Shown here: piece after piece, positions 11,799 through 24,294 of the stretch
Position numbering within the stretch: position 1 is the first letter of the stretch
Layout: every line of letters begins with the position of its first letter
Notes under the pieces: model-generated
Databases searched by the model: none
What the model was told of the DNA's origin: nothing
The model's input: the letters and a program-made list of their open reading frames with translations, nothing else
Origin: Circinaria calcarea
Taxonomy: Eukaryota
Length of the DNA: 46,464 nt
Assembly: GCA_051942165.1 (NCBI GenBank)
Contig: JAVECS010000016.1
Span: 1-46,464, forward strand
Direction of reading: 5' to 3'
Program-made: the position numbers and the translations under genes

Positions 11799-13165
11799 TC
11801 ACCTCCTTGCCGCGCGCCGTTCCTCCCATTGAACCCCCGCCCATTCTTCCAGATATCCGACGTGACCAACCTCTACTCCTTTGGCCTGACAATCCTTCTC
11901 GCACACGCCCACAATGATCGTCCCCCACTCCATCCCCTCCATTCCCATTTCATCGACCTCTAGCTCATAAATGGCATGCGGGGTTAGCTGTAATTCAAAT
12001 AGCCTACTGGATCCGCAATTGGGGCAGTCTGGTAACCCTGAATACCTGGTCTTCCCTGCTTTGGAAACTTTACTCTGGCTGGCACCCGATGAAGATAGAA
12101 AGGGCGCCAATCTGACCCCAACAGCATCCACCTTGGAGTAGAGTAGTGGCGAGCCTCCAAATTCATATCGAAGGACCTGCTGAGGATTCTGGGCGAGGCG
12201 GTCGGCAAAACCTTGAAACGTCTTGTCGATAGTTGACTCGAAGACTTCGGAGTCTTCCTGAGTATCTGCGGATTGTGATGATATAAGGTCTCTCTCGTCG
12301 ACGCCAATGGATTGAGACGCCGGGGCGAATTCTTTTGGGGCATCGAGGGTTTCATATTCGGCGTCAAGGTGGTATAATGGATACGCGGCTGGTAACTCCG
12401 CCTCCGATGGCCACGGCTCGACAGTCACAAGCGGTTTCATCGATGATGAAGGGGATGATATTCGAGCCTTTTGCGCAAAGGTATTTTGTGGGTCATCTTG
12501 AACTGGCGTTTGAGGGAGTGTAGTGGCGGCTGCCTCAGATACTGATCGTGCTCTGTTGGAATAGGTAAATGGGATGAGAGACGTTTTGGATGAGAACGGA
12601 TTGACGTTGATTTCTGAGGGAGCGGAGAAAGGATTCGCTTTTCCCATTTTTTGTCCAGGCTTGGTACCGAAGAGAATATTGCCGACATCGTTGATTTGTG
12701 TAGTTGGCGGTCTCTGTGACGATGGCCCATCATGAGAAAATTTGGATTCGACCGCTGGCTTTGAGATTCCCGACACTCGAACGCTCCTGATGACTCTGAT
12801 GCTTCCCTCATTCCTCCGACATGTCTTCCTTCTACAACCGAAAACATAGAGTCTACGCTCATGATTCGGGAAACATTCTGGAAGATCGCCGTGGAGTTGC
12901 AGTAGTAGCGCCATGATGTTTTTGCATACTTTACACCTCATGAGTGAAGCAGTTGGAGCGTTGGGAGCACTTGGCCATACCTGCACCTACCGTCAGCGTA
13001 AGGCCTATGGCTAAGCTAGACGTGGACCTCGAGACACACGGGGCGCCCGCCAAGCTGGCTGATGGAGTCATCAGTGGGTTCTTTTGAGGCATAGCCGAGC
13101 AAGACATTTGTAGTTGCGTAGTCATCAGTATCCTCGCCAGAGGAGTCGCTGTCGTATGACACCAT
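11799..13165 (-). CDS. TSR4: Tsr4 / PDCD2-like uS5 chaperone (PDCD2_C domain), 2 exons
   Basis: MVSYDSDSSGE...TNVLLGYA...SQLGGRP, intron 13039-12981, then CKVC..LLLQL, ERRLYVFGC, NPQQVLRYEFGGSPLLYS, CPNC..RLFELQLTP, GMEWGTIIVGVC. Confidence 0.93.
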
Positions 13166-13758
13166 GCTGAGACCCGCCGTCGACGCAAACAAACACCGTT
13201 GCGAAACATCAAAAGTGCCCATCCTCCCATCCCAGCCTTTAGTGCAATCATTAGTTCTAGCCTTGCAGAAGATCGGCCGCTTAGCGAGGCTTGTTTCCCC
13301 GCACCCTTTCTTATTCGACGTCCGCGTCACCTATGAGTAGATAAAGTTGAATAACAAGACGACTCTTCTAGCACCTTAGAACTTGCAACCAGCTACTTCA
13401 GACATTACCTTGTATTCGCCAATACTTGTATAAGTCCAAGCTAAACGTTACCCTTAGTGAAGCTCTCTTCAGCGTGTCTTTATCCTAGATCGTCACATAA
13501 GGACGATCGCATTTAAATCCATCCTTGCCTTTTCACCTTTTCGCCTATTCCCCAGGTCATCCAAAACAGTGCCATTAGTGTGGATCAGAAACAAAATCAG
13601 ACCCTTCTCTTACAGAGAAAGCTATGAGTCTTCACCGAGCTTCCTTTCATGCGTGTCTAGCCTCCCTTCAAGCCCTAGAGACTTTTTTGTTCTAAGTAGA
13701 TGTATGATCGAGGTCCGTACTAAAGATTTAGCGTACTTTCAATGGATTCGGTGTAGGC

Positions 13759-15276
13759 ATGGCACGCTCAAAGCCAGGCCTCAGTTCGATCAGAAGCATC
13801 CTTCGTCGTGATAGTGGCAAGACCAGCGTCTCGGGCCTAACTGGATTGCCGTCTGCCAATTCAGCAGGTTCATCACAACGCATTCGGCCGGAGGACGGAA
13901 TCGAAACCGCCAACCTCTCAGCTATCCTTTCACTGTCGACTCAGAAGACCACTGGAGCGAGGACTATTGTGCCACTAAATGGAGAGTAAGACAGAGCAGT
14001 AGTCATTCTGATGTCTGATTAGCTAAGAATAGTCTTTAGGATGTTTGTCGAAAGCTTTTCCAACCTGCCGGGAGAGCTGCAAATCGCGGTGCTCCTCTAT
14101 ATTGATGTTGATGTTTTGTTTGCATTGAGGATGAGCTGTCGCACTTTCTTTGATGTCATCCAAACGCATCAGTCCCCCATCGTTCGCAATATCTTACGAC
14201 AGCGAGACAGTACAGCAGCCGCAACCATCCTGTATCCTTCGCCATCTCCTCCATCATCTGCAACATGGGACTTTCTTCTTCAGTTGGTACATAGGGGCTC
14301 GGTCGTCCGCAAGCTAGCCCAGAAGATCGTTGAGTTCATTATGGTGAAGACATATATCTGCAAGACAAAAGAACAAATGAAAGAGTTCGCTCACAATCTA
14401 ACAAAGACGTTAAGCCATTTGCTTATGTATATTTCACATTTTCTTGAGAGCTATCGTGCCGCCCTTGTTCGGTCGCGGGATCAGCTCCCTGATGGTGTCT
14501 TTCCCAATCATCAAAAAATACAAAGACAAATCATCGAGCGCTATGATCTCCAAAGCATATACCTAGCTCATGCTATGTTCAATATTTTGTCCTTGGTAGT
14601 CTATAGGAAGCTCCGGCCCCCCTCCTACGCTGGTGACCTCGAACGAAAACTGAGAGGGTGGTCGAAACAACCTGCAACTAGAGAAGATGTTGTGAAGCTC
14701 CTTGTTGTTGGTGGACTGGATGAGGTAAAGCGTGTGATTGAACATAAGACGTATGCCGAGCGGAGGGATGCCTTGGAGATATATCTCAGGAGTATATCGA
14801 AAACGGAGGAATGCAAAGCAGGAAGGCAAGCCTCATCACGGTGGTTAAAAAGAGGGTCGACACCATCAGAAGTAAACGACGCTATGACAGGTAAACGTTC
14901 TGGAGAACCCCCTTCGACCGCTGATAAGCAACGTCCACTTCATATACTTGAAAAGCAGACTCTCCCAATGTGGTCTGATTGCATTGCGAAGCCTGATAAT
15001 CTCAAAGTGTCTGAGATATCTACCAGTCTTCCGGACCTAATGCACTTGCTGCTAAAACCTGCTGAGCGCATCCTTCTGGACCACGACTTTATCGAAGACG
15101 CCAGCGATCTTCCTACCTTTCGGGATTTCATTGAAAGGGCAATGCAAGGAGAAGCCGCTGGTCTGATTTTCCTGGAGGGTTGGAATAACGGTGATAATCA
15201 AGGTGTTGGAGATGTGGATGAAGAAGAGGATGAAATGGAGGATGTCTTGGAGGTCACGGCTGTTGGACCATCCTAA
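13759..15276 (+). CDS. Uncharacterised F-box domain protein, 2 exons
   Basis: Exon 1 13759-13985, intron 13986-14039 (GTAAGA..TAG) in frame with the 411-aa ORF. F-box-like FSNLPGELQIAVLLYIDVDVLFALRMSCRTF and an acidic C-terminal tail. Confidence 0.75.
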
Positions 15277-15935
15277 TTTCAACATTCAAAGAACGTATGC
15301 CAACTAGGCCGATATTTAAGTCGGCTAAGTCGGTTTGAATGCGTCCACAAGTCCCGGAAAAACGCCAGATCAGCTTGGCATTCCGATTGGGCAGGTAACG
15401 TATTTAAAGCTACAGCTTTTCTGGACAAAGAAAGATACGTCCAAACAAGTCGAAGACTTCGAGTTACCATTGTTCTTGGACCAATAAGTCAAAGGCTTCA
15501 AAGGCCGATCTACATGATTGACCAAGCAATAAATCTATCAAGCCGATGTTCCAGCTAAGCTTATAGACTGGGTAAGCCTTGATCTCCTGTTAGGTTGGTA
15601 CGGGCATCACCGCGCTGACATCGGAACGTTGTCTTGCCGAGCAATCGGGATCACTCAGCCAAGGTTGCGTTCGAGGCCCGTATGCAAAAGTCGCTGCCGA
15701 TGAAGGTCGATTAGTATTTGAGGGGTGCTCCGTTCCTACATCCTATATAGATCCGGTCTTTTGAGCAGGACTTCTATAATATTCATAAGGATAGAACTCT
15801 GATCACGCCGTTCCCGTTGCAATCTAAACAAGCGAAGATGACAATCGATCCGCTGATGTAAGAACTCCTAAGCCAACCAGTTTCATAAACGCCACTCATC
15901 CTTGCGTACCAGCCAGTCGTTCCCAAGCGACATCG

Positions 15936-18900
15936 TCAGCGGCCACTGCTCTTTCTTGGCTGCCTCCTCATCGACTCCACCTTCTTGGCCAGACTAGCCT
16001 GGATCTTCTTCTGTCCGGCCCACGCCTTCTGCAACCGCTGCATCCTTACGCCCGCTAGCACCATCACTCCCACCGCTCTAAACCGCGGTCGTTTCTCCCT
16101 GACCTTTCGATCCGGTGTCACACCCATTTCTTCCAACAGGCGGAGGTCCACAGTGTTGCTGTTCATGACTGTGAGCAATTGACTCGCCCACATCCAGGCT
16201 TCTGACTGGAGCACTCACCAAGCACTAAACATCTCAATCTGCAACAGCAAGAATTTCTTCTCATATACCAGGCCGAATCTAAACCTCTCCTCTCTCATGC
16301 ACTTTGCTCGCATCCACTGGATCTGCTTCGCTAATCCTTTCAACTCCGCTGCATGCCTCTTTCCCTTCTCCTGGAGCTCCGTTTCCATCTGTTTCAGTTC
16401 CGTCGAATCTCCTACATGGACACTACTGACAGACATGTTAGGAAATCGCACACGCGAGACGATCGCATGGCGTTCTTCTTCCCAGTCCTTTTGGGAACGT
16501 GCAAACTCGTCGACTGACCGCTCGTACCGCTGCTGAAGAGACTCTAGTTCTGCTGTCAGAGCGCTCGATTTTTCAGCCTGTAGAGTTCGTTCTTCACGCA
16601 CGCACTTGAGCTGAGCGCGGAGATCTGCTTCACGGGTAGAAGCGGACTGAAGTCGCTTCTCATTTCCAGCGATCTGCACCTGTAAATCTTCCGCCTCGAG
16701 CTTGGCGTCCTTGAGCATCTCGTGCAAGTCTTTGCGCTCTTCTGCAATAGTGTGGTCCTCGACTTGATTGAGGCGTGCGGCGTGAAGGTCTTTTTCTAGA
16801 TTATGGATTCGATTGCGGAGGCGCTTGATGGTTTGCTCGGCTGTGGTGGCGTTGACCATTAGTTCTTCCTGTCGAAGGCGAAGGTCCGCGGTGTGGTGTT
16901 CAAGCTGCTCCTTCTGTTGTTCGCACTCATCAAGTCTTTGTTGAGTGTCTTTGGCAACGGCGGCAGCTTTGCGCTTAGCTTCACGTTCTAATTCCTTGGC
17001 GCTCGACCGTATAGCTTTCATTTGCTGATGTGCATCCGCGAGCTGGCGGCGAACCTCAACGATCTCAGTTTTTCTGGCTGAGCCTCCAACGGACGATTTA
17101 GGCGAGTCTGCCGCCAACTTAGAAAGCTCGGCCTCATGGATCTGACGTTCGAGATCAGCTATCTGGCGTTTCAGGTCACGAATTGTCTCCCTCTGCATTG
17201 CCTCTCGCCGAAAATAGTCACTTTCCCTCTCACGGGCTGCAGATAGATCATGACGGAGGCTGTCAGTCTCAATTTTCTCTGCTTCTGCTTCTGCTGTGAT
17301 TGTGCGTATGGAGCCCAACTCGACATCGGTCTCCGTAAGTTTACCTTGTAACGCTTGCTTTTCTCTTCGGATGCGCTGTAGCTGGGTTTCCATGTCTCGG
17401 AGCCGTGAGTCCAACTGCTCTTTCGACCCATTGTTTGCTTGATGATCCGCCATAAATGTTTCGAGTTCGGCGAGAGCATTATCTCTCGCTGTGTCTGCAC
17501 GAATCAATTCCTGCTTCAAGGATTGCGTTTGACTCTGCAACTCCTGTCTAGCTGTGATCGCTTCGAATTTTCCCGCGCAAGCTTCGTCAAGGTGGACACG
17601 CAAAACCTCGTTTTCATCCTCCAAGGCTACTATATTCTCTTCAGAAGCAGCACAGTCGCGTTGACTAATACGTAATTCTTCCTTGATCTCGGCATGTTCT
17701 GATCGAAGGTCTTCCAAGTCGCGGCGCTTGTCATCGATATCCTTCCGGAGCTCCGTGATTTGGCGATCTAGTACAGCTTCCTCACTTTGATGTCGTTGCT
17801 CTTCACTTCCAAGAGCTTCCTGTAGCTTGATCTCCTTACTTGAGAGGGTCCCTTCGCTTCTCTGCAATTTGTCGACCAATCTTTGCAGACCAGCAGTCCG
17901 CTGCTCATTCCGTTCCTTTTGCATCTGAAATTCTTGGGTCTGACTGTTCCAGTACTCCTCCTTCGTTGAGTGTCGGTTCGCTTCGTTTTCAAGCTTTCGA
18001 TGAAGGCAGTCAATCTCCTCGGACAGACGATCAAAGTCTTCTTTTGCTTGATCTCGAAGAGTACGCTCGTTTTTCAAAGAATGTTGCCTCTCTTCCTCCA
18101 GATTCCATTCAAGTTCTTGAATTTTCACCTGAGATCGCCCTAGGTCTTTTTGTAGGATTTGCGATTCCGTCGTCAGAGCATCGTGACGAGATTGTAGTAG
18201 GTCTTTCTCTTCGTTTTTACTCTGAAGATCCCTTGTGATCTGCTGAACCTGGTCCATGAACGAGTCGCGCTTTCTTGTAACAGCGCAATGCTCATGGCGA
18301 AGGAGCTCAAGGTCATCCCGAAGCTTTTGCTGCTTTACTTCGGCGTCTTGCCTTTCATAGTGGAACTCGTCCTTTAATCGCTTGAGTTCTCTAGTTCTTC
18401 CATCCAAAATCTCCTGCAATTCGGCATAGTCCCTACGTATGCTACCGAGGTCATCTTGCAATTTGTTTGCCTTATCCTCTAGTTGCCTGCTCAAACCCTT
18501 GGTGCTGAATGACTTATCTGCCAATTCCTCCCGCAGCTCGTTAAGGTCATCTTCTGCCTTTTGCTTCTCTTTCTCGGCTGTACTCTGTAGCTCCTTTGCC
18601 TTTTGTAACTCTACCTGTGCGAAATGTAAACTGGCCTGGAGTTTTCTGAACTCATCCGTCAAGGGCTGCAGTCTCTCAACCTCCCGCTTTGCGTCGTTGA
18701 GTTCCCCCTCGAGTCCAGCCATATCAGCCGAGTCCTGGGCAGCTTGATCCTTCAATTTATCGACTTCATCTTCGCTCGTCTCGAGGATTCGATCCTTCTC
18801 GCGAAGGGCTACCTCGAGGTCCTCTATGTCTTCCTTAAGCTTTGCAACATCCTGACCCTTACTCTCCGCACTTTCAAGCTGTTTGCGCAGGCCAGTAACT

Positions 18901-19821
18901 TCCACGGTCTTTACATCCAGCTCCTTCCGTAGACCTTCAAGCTCGACCTTCGTGCCCTGATCGACGTGTTTTCGTTTGATCTTTTCCTGGATCTCTTCAA
19001 GATGCACCCGGTATGTCTCTACGTCCCGCGCTGCTTGGTTCAAAGCTTTTTTCATTCCCATAAGCTCCTTTTGCATGGTGATCTTGCCAACCTTGAGCTC
19101 TGTATTCTCTTTTAGTGCAGCCTCATGGAATCTAGGTCCGGCTTTGCGTAATGATTCCTCAAGGAAGTGTATTTTTAACTTCAACCCGAAATTCTCCTTT
19201 CCAACCTTGTCAATGATCTGGAATGTGTCAGTTCTAGAGTACGTCAAGCTAGCGGACCTTGGATCCACTAACATTCTCTTGCTCTCTTAGTGTTAGTAGA
19301 TTTCCCTGGCCTGCCAATACCCCATCACCATCTCGCTTCGGCAGGACAGCCAAAGGTGTTGACTGAGCGCTACTACTCATCATCTGGGGCATTGGCGTAC
19401 CATCCTCCTGCGTTTCAGCGGAGCTGCCAGTGTTATCCTCATAGAGCCTGGAGGTTTCACCCGCCCGTAACGCTGGACTGTCCTTGGACCGATAACCGGC
19501 CTTGAGAAAGGCCGGATTTTGGGACAATCCATTGTCTTTGCCACGCAGCAGCTGATTCTTCTTTGTAACACTTTTCAGTAAAGGAGTAAATTCGGCTTGT
19601 GCGGGAGCTGCGACGCCATTGCGCCGGTCTGCAAGAGGGGCGCGGTGTCGTGGAGTCTTGAGATTGACACCGCGATTATTTCGTAGTTGAAGGACCAGGT
19701 CATCTTGCCTCTTCAGAGGAGACAGCAGGGAGGTTTCCAGTGATAGGTTCTCAATGTTGTTTCCGTTCGTCATGTACGTCGCATTGCCGGCATCTGTATG
19801 AGGGGTATCAATGAAAGCCAT
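15936..19821 (-). CDS. pcp1: Spindle pole body gamma-tubulin receptor Pcp1/PcpA (Spc110/pericentrin family), 3 exons
   Basis: Introns 19272-19218 and 16218-16159. SPM-like EFTPLLKS, CM1 motif LTLREQENIIDKVGKENFGLKLKIHFLEE, a long coiled coil, and a C-terminal PACT-like region REERFRFGLVYEKKFL...RFRAVGVMVLAGVRM. Confidence 0.9.
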
Positions 19822-19932
19822 GGTGGAGAGACTATGAGGCTGATAAGTCTAGTGAGTTAATGTATTTAAGATGCTTCACTTCAGGTCGCCAACCCGAGCG
19901 CAATCAATACGTAAATGTCATCCACCCCGCAA

Positions 19933-20000
19933 GTCAACAGTCCCGAAAGTTCTATTGATACGAGGACGCGATTGTAAACACAACATCTACACTTGTTTAC
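19933..20000. promoter_or_regulatory. Cell-cycle-type cis elements upstream of pcp1 (forkhead sites plus MCB-like core)
   Basis: GTCAACA 19933-19939, ACGCG 19966-19970, GTAAACA 19974-19980 and TGTTTAC 19994-20000, clustered 110-180 bp upstream of the pcp1 ATG. Confidence 0.55.
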
Positions 20001-20285
20001 TTGGGGACTAGTGCTATCCTTCGCTATCCAACCGGCTACGCCCAATTCAGGGATACTTAGCGAGGCAACTATCGAGGAGGCAGCTGTACATATCGATTTA
20101 ACCCACTCTCCTCATCGAAGTGAGAATCCCTCCAAGTCTTTAGGAACTTATGGACACGTAATTTCTACAATGAATGACCCTCTGAGATTATATTATCTAT
20201 TACTTTCGACAGCGATTTAGGCCCGCCCTGGCCCACTTTGAACCCTTTAGTGCATATCGGGTACACTCGTATGCATATGATAAGT

Positions 20286-22255
20286 ATGGAGAAGCGTGAC
20301 CTTAAATGGTTTGGTGAAGGCTTTGATGGCTTTCCTAAGAAATTGCCCGAAGACTGTGTCCAATACACTGTTCGCATTTTGGATTCCAAACTCTCCGACA
20401 CTGAGCTTCGGCAGAGGCTTCGACATGTTCGTTCGGCGGCACATACCTTGACCAAGAAACTACTAAACAGTTTTATATGGCAGAGAGACAGCTTCGGACT
20501 CGAACTTTTTCAAGAAGATGGTAAGGCGCGCAATCCTTAAAGCTACTGGTGTCAATGCATCCTGACCTTACTTGCTCGATTAGGCCAAAGTTTCTTAAGG
20601 GGAACCACCATCTATGGAGATTCGGTCGAGGATGAGTGGCTGATAGTTTACCTTCTGCGAGAGCTCAGTAAAACATTCCCGGAAATATGGATTCGGATTG
20701 TTGACACCGACGGCGAATTTTTGCTCATAGAAGCAGCTAATGTCCTCCCTCGCTGGTTGAATCCCGAGATTGCGGATAATAGAGTTAGTGGTACCGGTAG
20801 AGTATCTACCCGAGTACGCAAACTGACATCTACCAGGTATGGCTCAACAGGGGCCAGTTACTAATTATTCCTCTCTCCCAACCCACAGACGGATCTGGCA
20901 GAGAGAATGCCGTTCCGGATGCACTGACGCTGCAGGATGCATGCAAATGCATCCAAGGAGATCGCTCCCGGTTTCTGCATTCGCCTCTGCTCGAAGCGGA
21001 AGCATTCTATCGTATCCGAGATTATCCCAATCAGATCAGCAAAAGCCTCCATAGTGCTTGTCTAACTATTCCCAGGAGGCTAGCGTATGTACTTGGCGAG
21101 AAAGCAGCATACATTAGCCCAGCGATTGAAGCATTCTACCTTCGTGATCCTATAGCTATGCGGCTATTGCGATTACCCAGCACCGAGGGGCTCGTATTCC
21201 CACCCACAGATCTTGTGAATGTTCTTGTAAAGTTCACCAAGGTTGGGTATGCCCAATTGAAAAGTCAGCAATTTACTATACCTCCAGCTTGGGCAGAGAT
21301 TATAGCGGCACTGCATGACAAAGCTTCCAGAGCCCGAGCAGTGATGGGCATGAAGCTTACGTGTGGATTTGAGATGTTACTTTCAGATCCTCAGAACCAA
21401 GATAAGAGACCCGTACGTGAAATCAAAATGCTCCTTGAGGACATTGATCGTGGCGGGGAGCAGCTTCCAAAGGATTCCGAACTCGCAGATTGGCCGCAGC
21501 AAGAAGACGATGACTCTTGGCTTGATATCGATTTCCAAGACTTTGAGAGAGAGCTGGGTGGAAAAGGTACAGGAGGGAAGCCTAAGTCAGGAGGAGGCTT
21601 TGGCGATAAAACTGCCCAGGAAAATCTCCAGAAAATTGTTTCAAGGTTTGAAGATTTTCTAAATGATGATATGGCTGGCTGTGACGGGGCAGAGTATCCG
21701 GATGATATGGACAACGACGATGGTGAAGATTTCCCGAGTAGTCTTAGCAGTGAAGGCGAAGATAAGGGAGTCAGCTTTGATGAGGCACAGTTTGCATCGA
21801 CGATGAGAGAAATGATGGGCATGCCACCAGAGACAGAGGCCCGGACAGAGAGCGATCATGCTCCAAGGGTAAAAGATGACACAAAAGGACTCGAGGTAGA
21901 CCAGATTACTGGGGTCGTCGCTGAAAGCGACGAGGAAAGAGAGACTCAAAAATTAACAGAGGCAATGGAGGCGGAGCTAAAGGCCGCTGGGGCCCTTCAA
22001 CTCGACCCCTACCCCGGAAGAAGCGGGAACTGGGAATCTCCCCAGCTAGATAGCGTGGTGGGTGACTCCGTTGCAGGCGAAGTATCTCATGAAGACGAGA
22101 GAACGTCAGAGGATAATAAGCTCGATGTTGATTACAATCTTGCAAAGAATCTGCTGGAAAGCTTTAAAAGTCAAGCCGGAGTGGCCGGGCCAAGTGGAAA
22201 TCTTATGGGCCTAATGGGAATGTACTTCCCTCGAGATGAGGATGATCAAAAATAG
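20286..22255 (+). CDS. SGT1/ecdysoneless (Ecd) family protein, 3 exons
   Basis: MEKRDLKWFGEGFDGFPKKLPEDCVQY...FIWQRDSF. Introns 20521-20583 and 20784-20836. Motifs YGDSVEDEWLIVYLLRELS, DGEFLLIEAA..LPRWL.PE...NRVW, GMKLTCGFEML, DYNLAKNLLESFKSQ.G.AGPSGNL. Confidence 0.92.
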
Positions 22256-24294
22256 AGAGGGAAGATGTAAATGGTTCTTAACCAGGAGGCGAAAACGGCG
22301 AGTCTAAGATGAAGCAAATTGAACGGCAGCGGGCATCTTGCGCCGATGTGCGGAGTACTGTGAGCTGTGAAACATGCGAGGTAGACGGTTGGGTGTGACG
22401 GTCTTGCTGCACGGCACAAGCCCAACGAACATGCTAAGCTTGCATATCGTGCATGTGGGCCAGTCTCAAATGGACAAAGCTCACTCCGGAACTGGCAGAT
22501 GACACATGACGCCACCGGAACCGCTCATACGTGTACTCACGCTCAATTTGGGACGTGAAAGCTTTCTTTCCTCGCGAGCGGATTTCTGTCAGATGTATAG
22601 TGGTGGTATGAGCACTTGACTCGTCAGGGGAATGACGCCTCCTCCGCGGATCACTGGACCACAACAGGCGAGGCTGGAGGACGATGGTGGCCACTTTCGA
22701 GGTCTCTCGTGTACAATTGCGCTTCGATGGATAGGCGCCCAGTGTTTTAGGGGGGATCTGACCTAAAAGGGTATCATTCCTTTAGGTCTTTGAGCTCTAG
22801 GCGCTACTTTGTAGAATCGCACGCTCGAGGTCCAAAGAGCAGGAAAGCAAGCAAGATGCTAGTGCATCGAGATTGTTGAAATCAGTGATCCGAGTCCTCC
22901 ACGGTTCTCCTGGGGTGGCATCTCATGTGCATGAGGATTCCGCCGTGGCCGTGCTGGTGGATGCGCAGTGGTCGGGATTCCTCGTGTAATTGATTGCCCC
23001 GAGGAGGGGAGGGAGAATTTTCCACAATCTGGAAGAACTCAGACACTTCTCTAGCACATCTGTGACCGGCAAGAATGCCTCCTTCAACTTCGAGGCATGT
23101 TTCCGATCCTGGGGATATGCGACAGGAGCAGCCACGGCAGATGCTGATTGGCGCTGCTACACGGCCATATAAGCGCCGCACCGCCATTCGGTAGACGCGC
23201 AAGACCCCTCCGTCACGCCGCTCGTCAGAGCCCTCCCCCTTCGAACGCTAAGGGGAAGCCGGCATCGAACCGTGGCTCCTCTTCTCGTTCCTGTCGCTCC
23301 TGCATGCCTCGACACTGGGCATCTCTGATCCGGACAGGCGATTCCCTGGTAGATTCAGGTTCTATTCCCCGGCAGATCACCGTATTCCCCGACCTTGCAC
23401 GTTCTACGCTTCTGCACGGGCTGCACATCATCTCAGACTCTCATCTGTCGAGTCGGCCGGGTCCTACCTAGCCGTCATCGTGGACGTGAAGAGCCTTCCT
23501 GATGCCCGTCCGGAAGATGAGGGTGAAACAGTTACAAAGTGTGACTGCTGGCCATGTACGGACCTGCATCATCGAGGCGTGGCATTGGCGGTGATGTTTC
23601 AATGGTTACAGCTGCCTCGACACTGCCATTGTTGGCCATGATTCTACCGACTCCCTTTGTAACAGAGCGAGGGCGGCCGCACGCATCCTTTTTAGTCATA
23701 GGTCATCAATTCCCAGGGACTGCCTAGGGTATTTCTCCCTTGCCTAATGCATGAGGCCTAAAGTGCTAAGCCTGCTACTCCAGGTTCGGGGTGGCTCTGG
23801 AGAGTTGGAGGCCTATACTCTGCGTTAAACTTTGTGGCTTTCCGACCTCCCGCATCAGCACCGTTTCCCGGCTACACACCATCCTGCTCAATTCTCCTTG
23901 CTCCCGCTCATTGGTCAATGGGGCCACCGCGGGATGGTGCAAGATGAAACGCTCGAACGTCGGACGACAGTAGTCTCTCCTCCATCTTGCTGATGGTGGC
24001 CTGAAGGAGGCCAGAAATCTTGGATCGTCCCTCGTGTTGCAGGCCCGCCTTCAGCCCATCAAAGTGGCTCCAAACCCATGGATGTGCCGGGCTTATGAAA
24101 ATGCTTCCTTCTCTTTTGCGCGCCTGACCCTCCTGCACAGACAGTCTCTATAATATTGTTCCGTCCGTTTTTCTTGAGTGGCCTTTCGGAGGTTTTATGT
24201 ATTGGTTTGAGGAGTATTACATGCGGTCCATTTGATCTGGACGCCCGTTACTTCCAATTCTTTGCGCCATACGAGTTGAACAACAGCATTCATC

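Noticed and set aside
22256..24290. Short ORFs in the SGT1-lectin gap
   Set aside because: No recognisable domains or consistent exon chain; treated as intergenic or promoter DNA.
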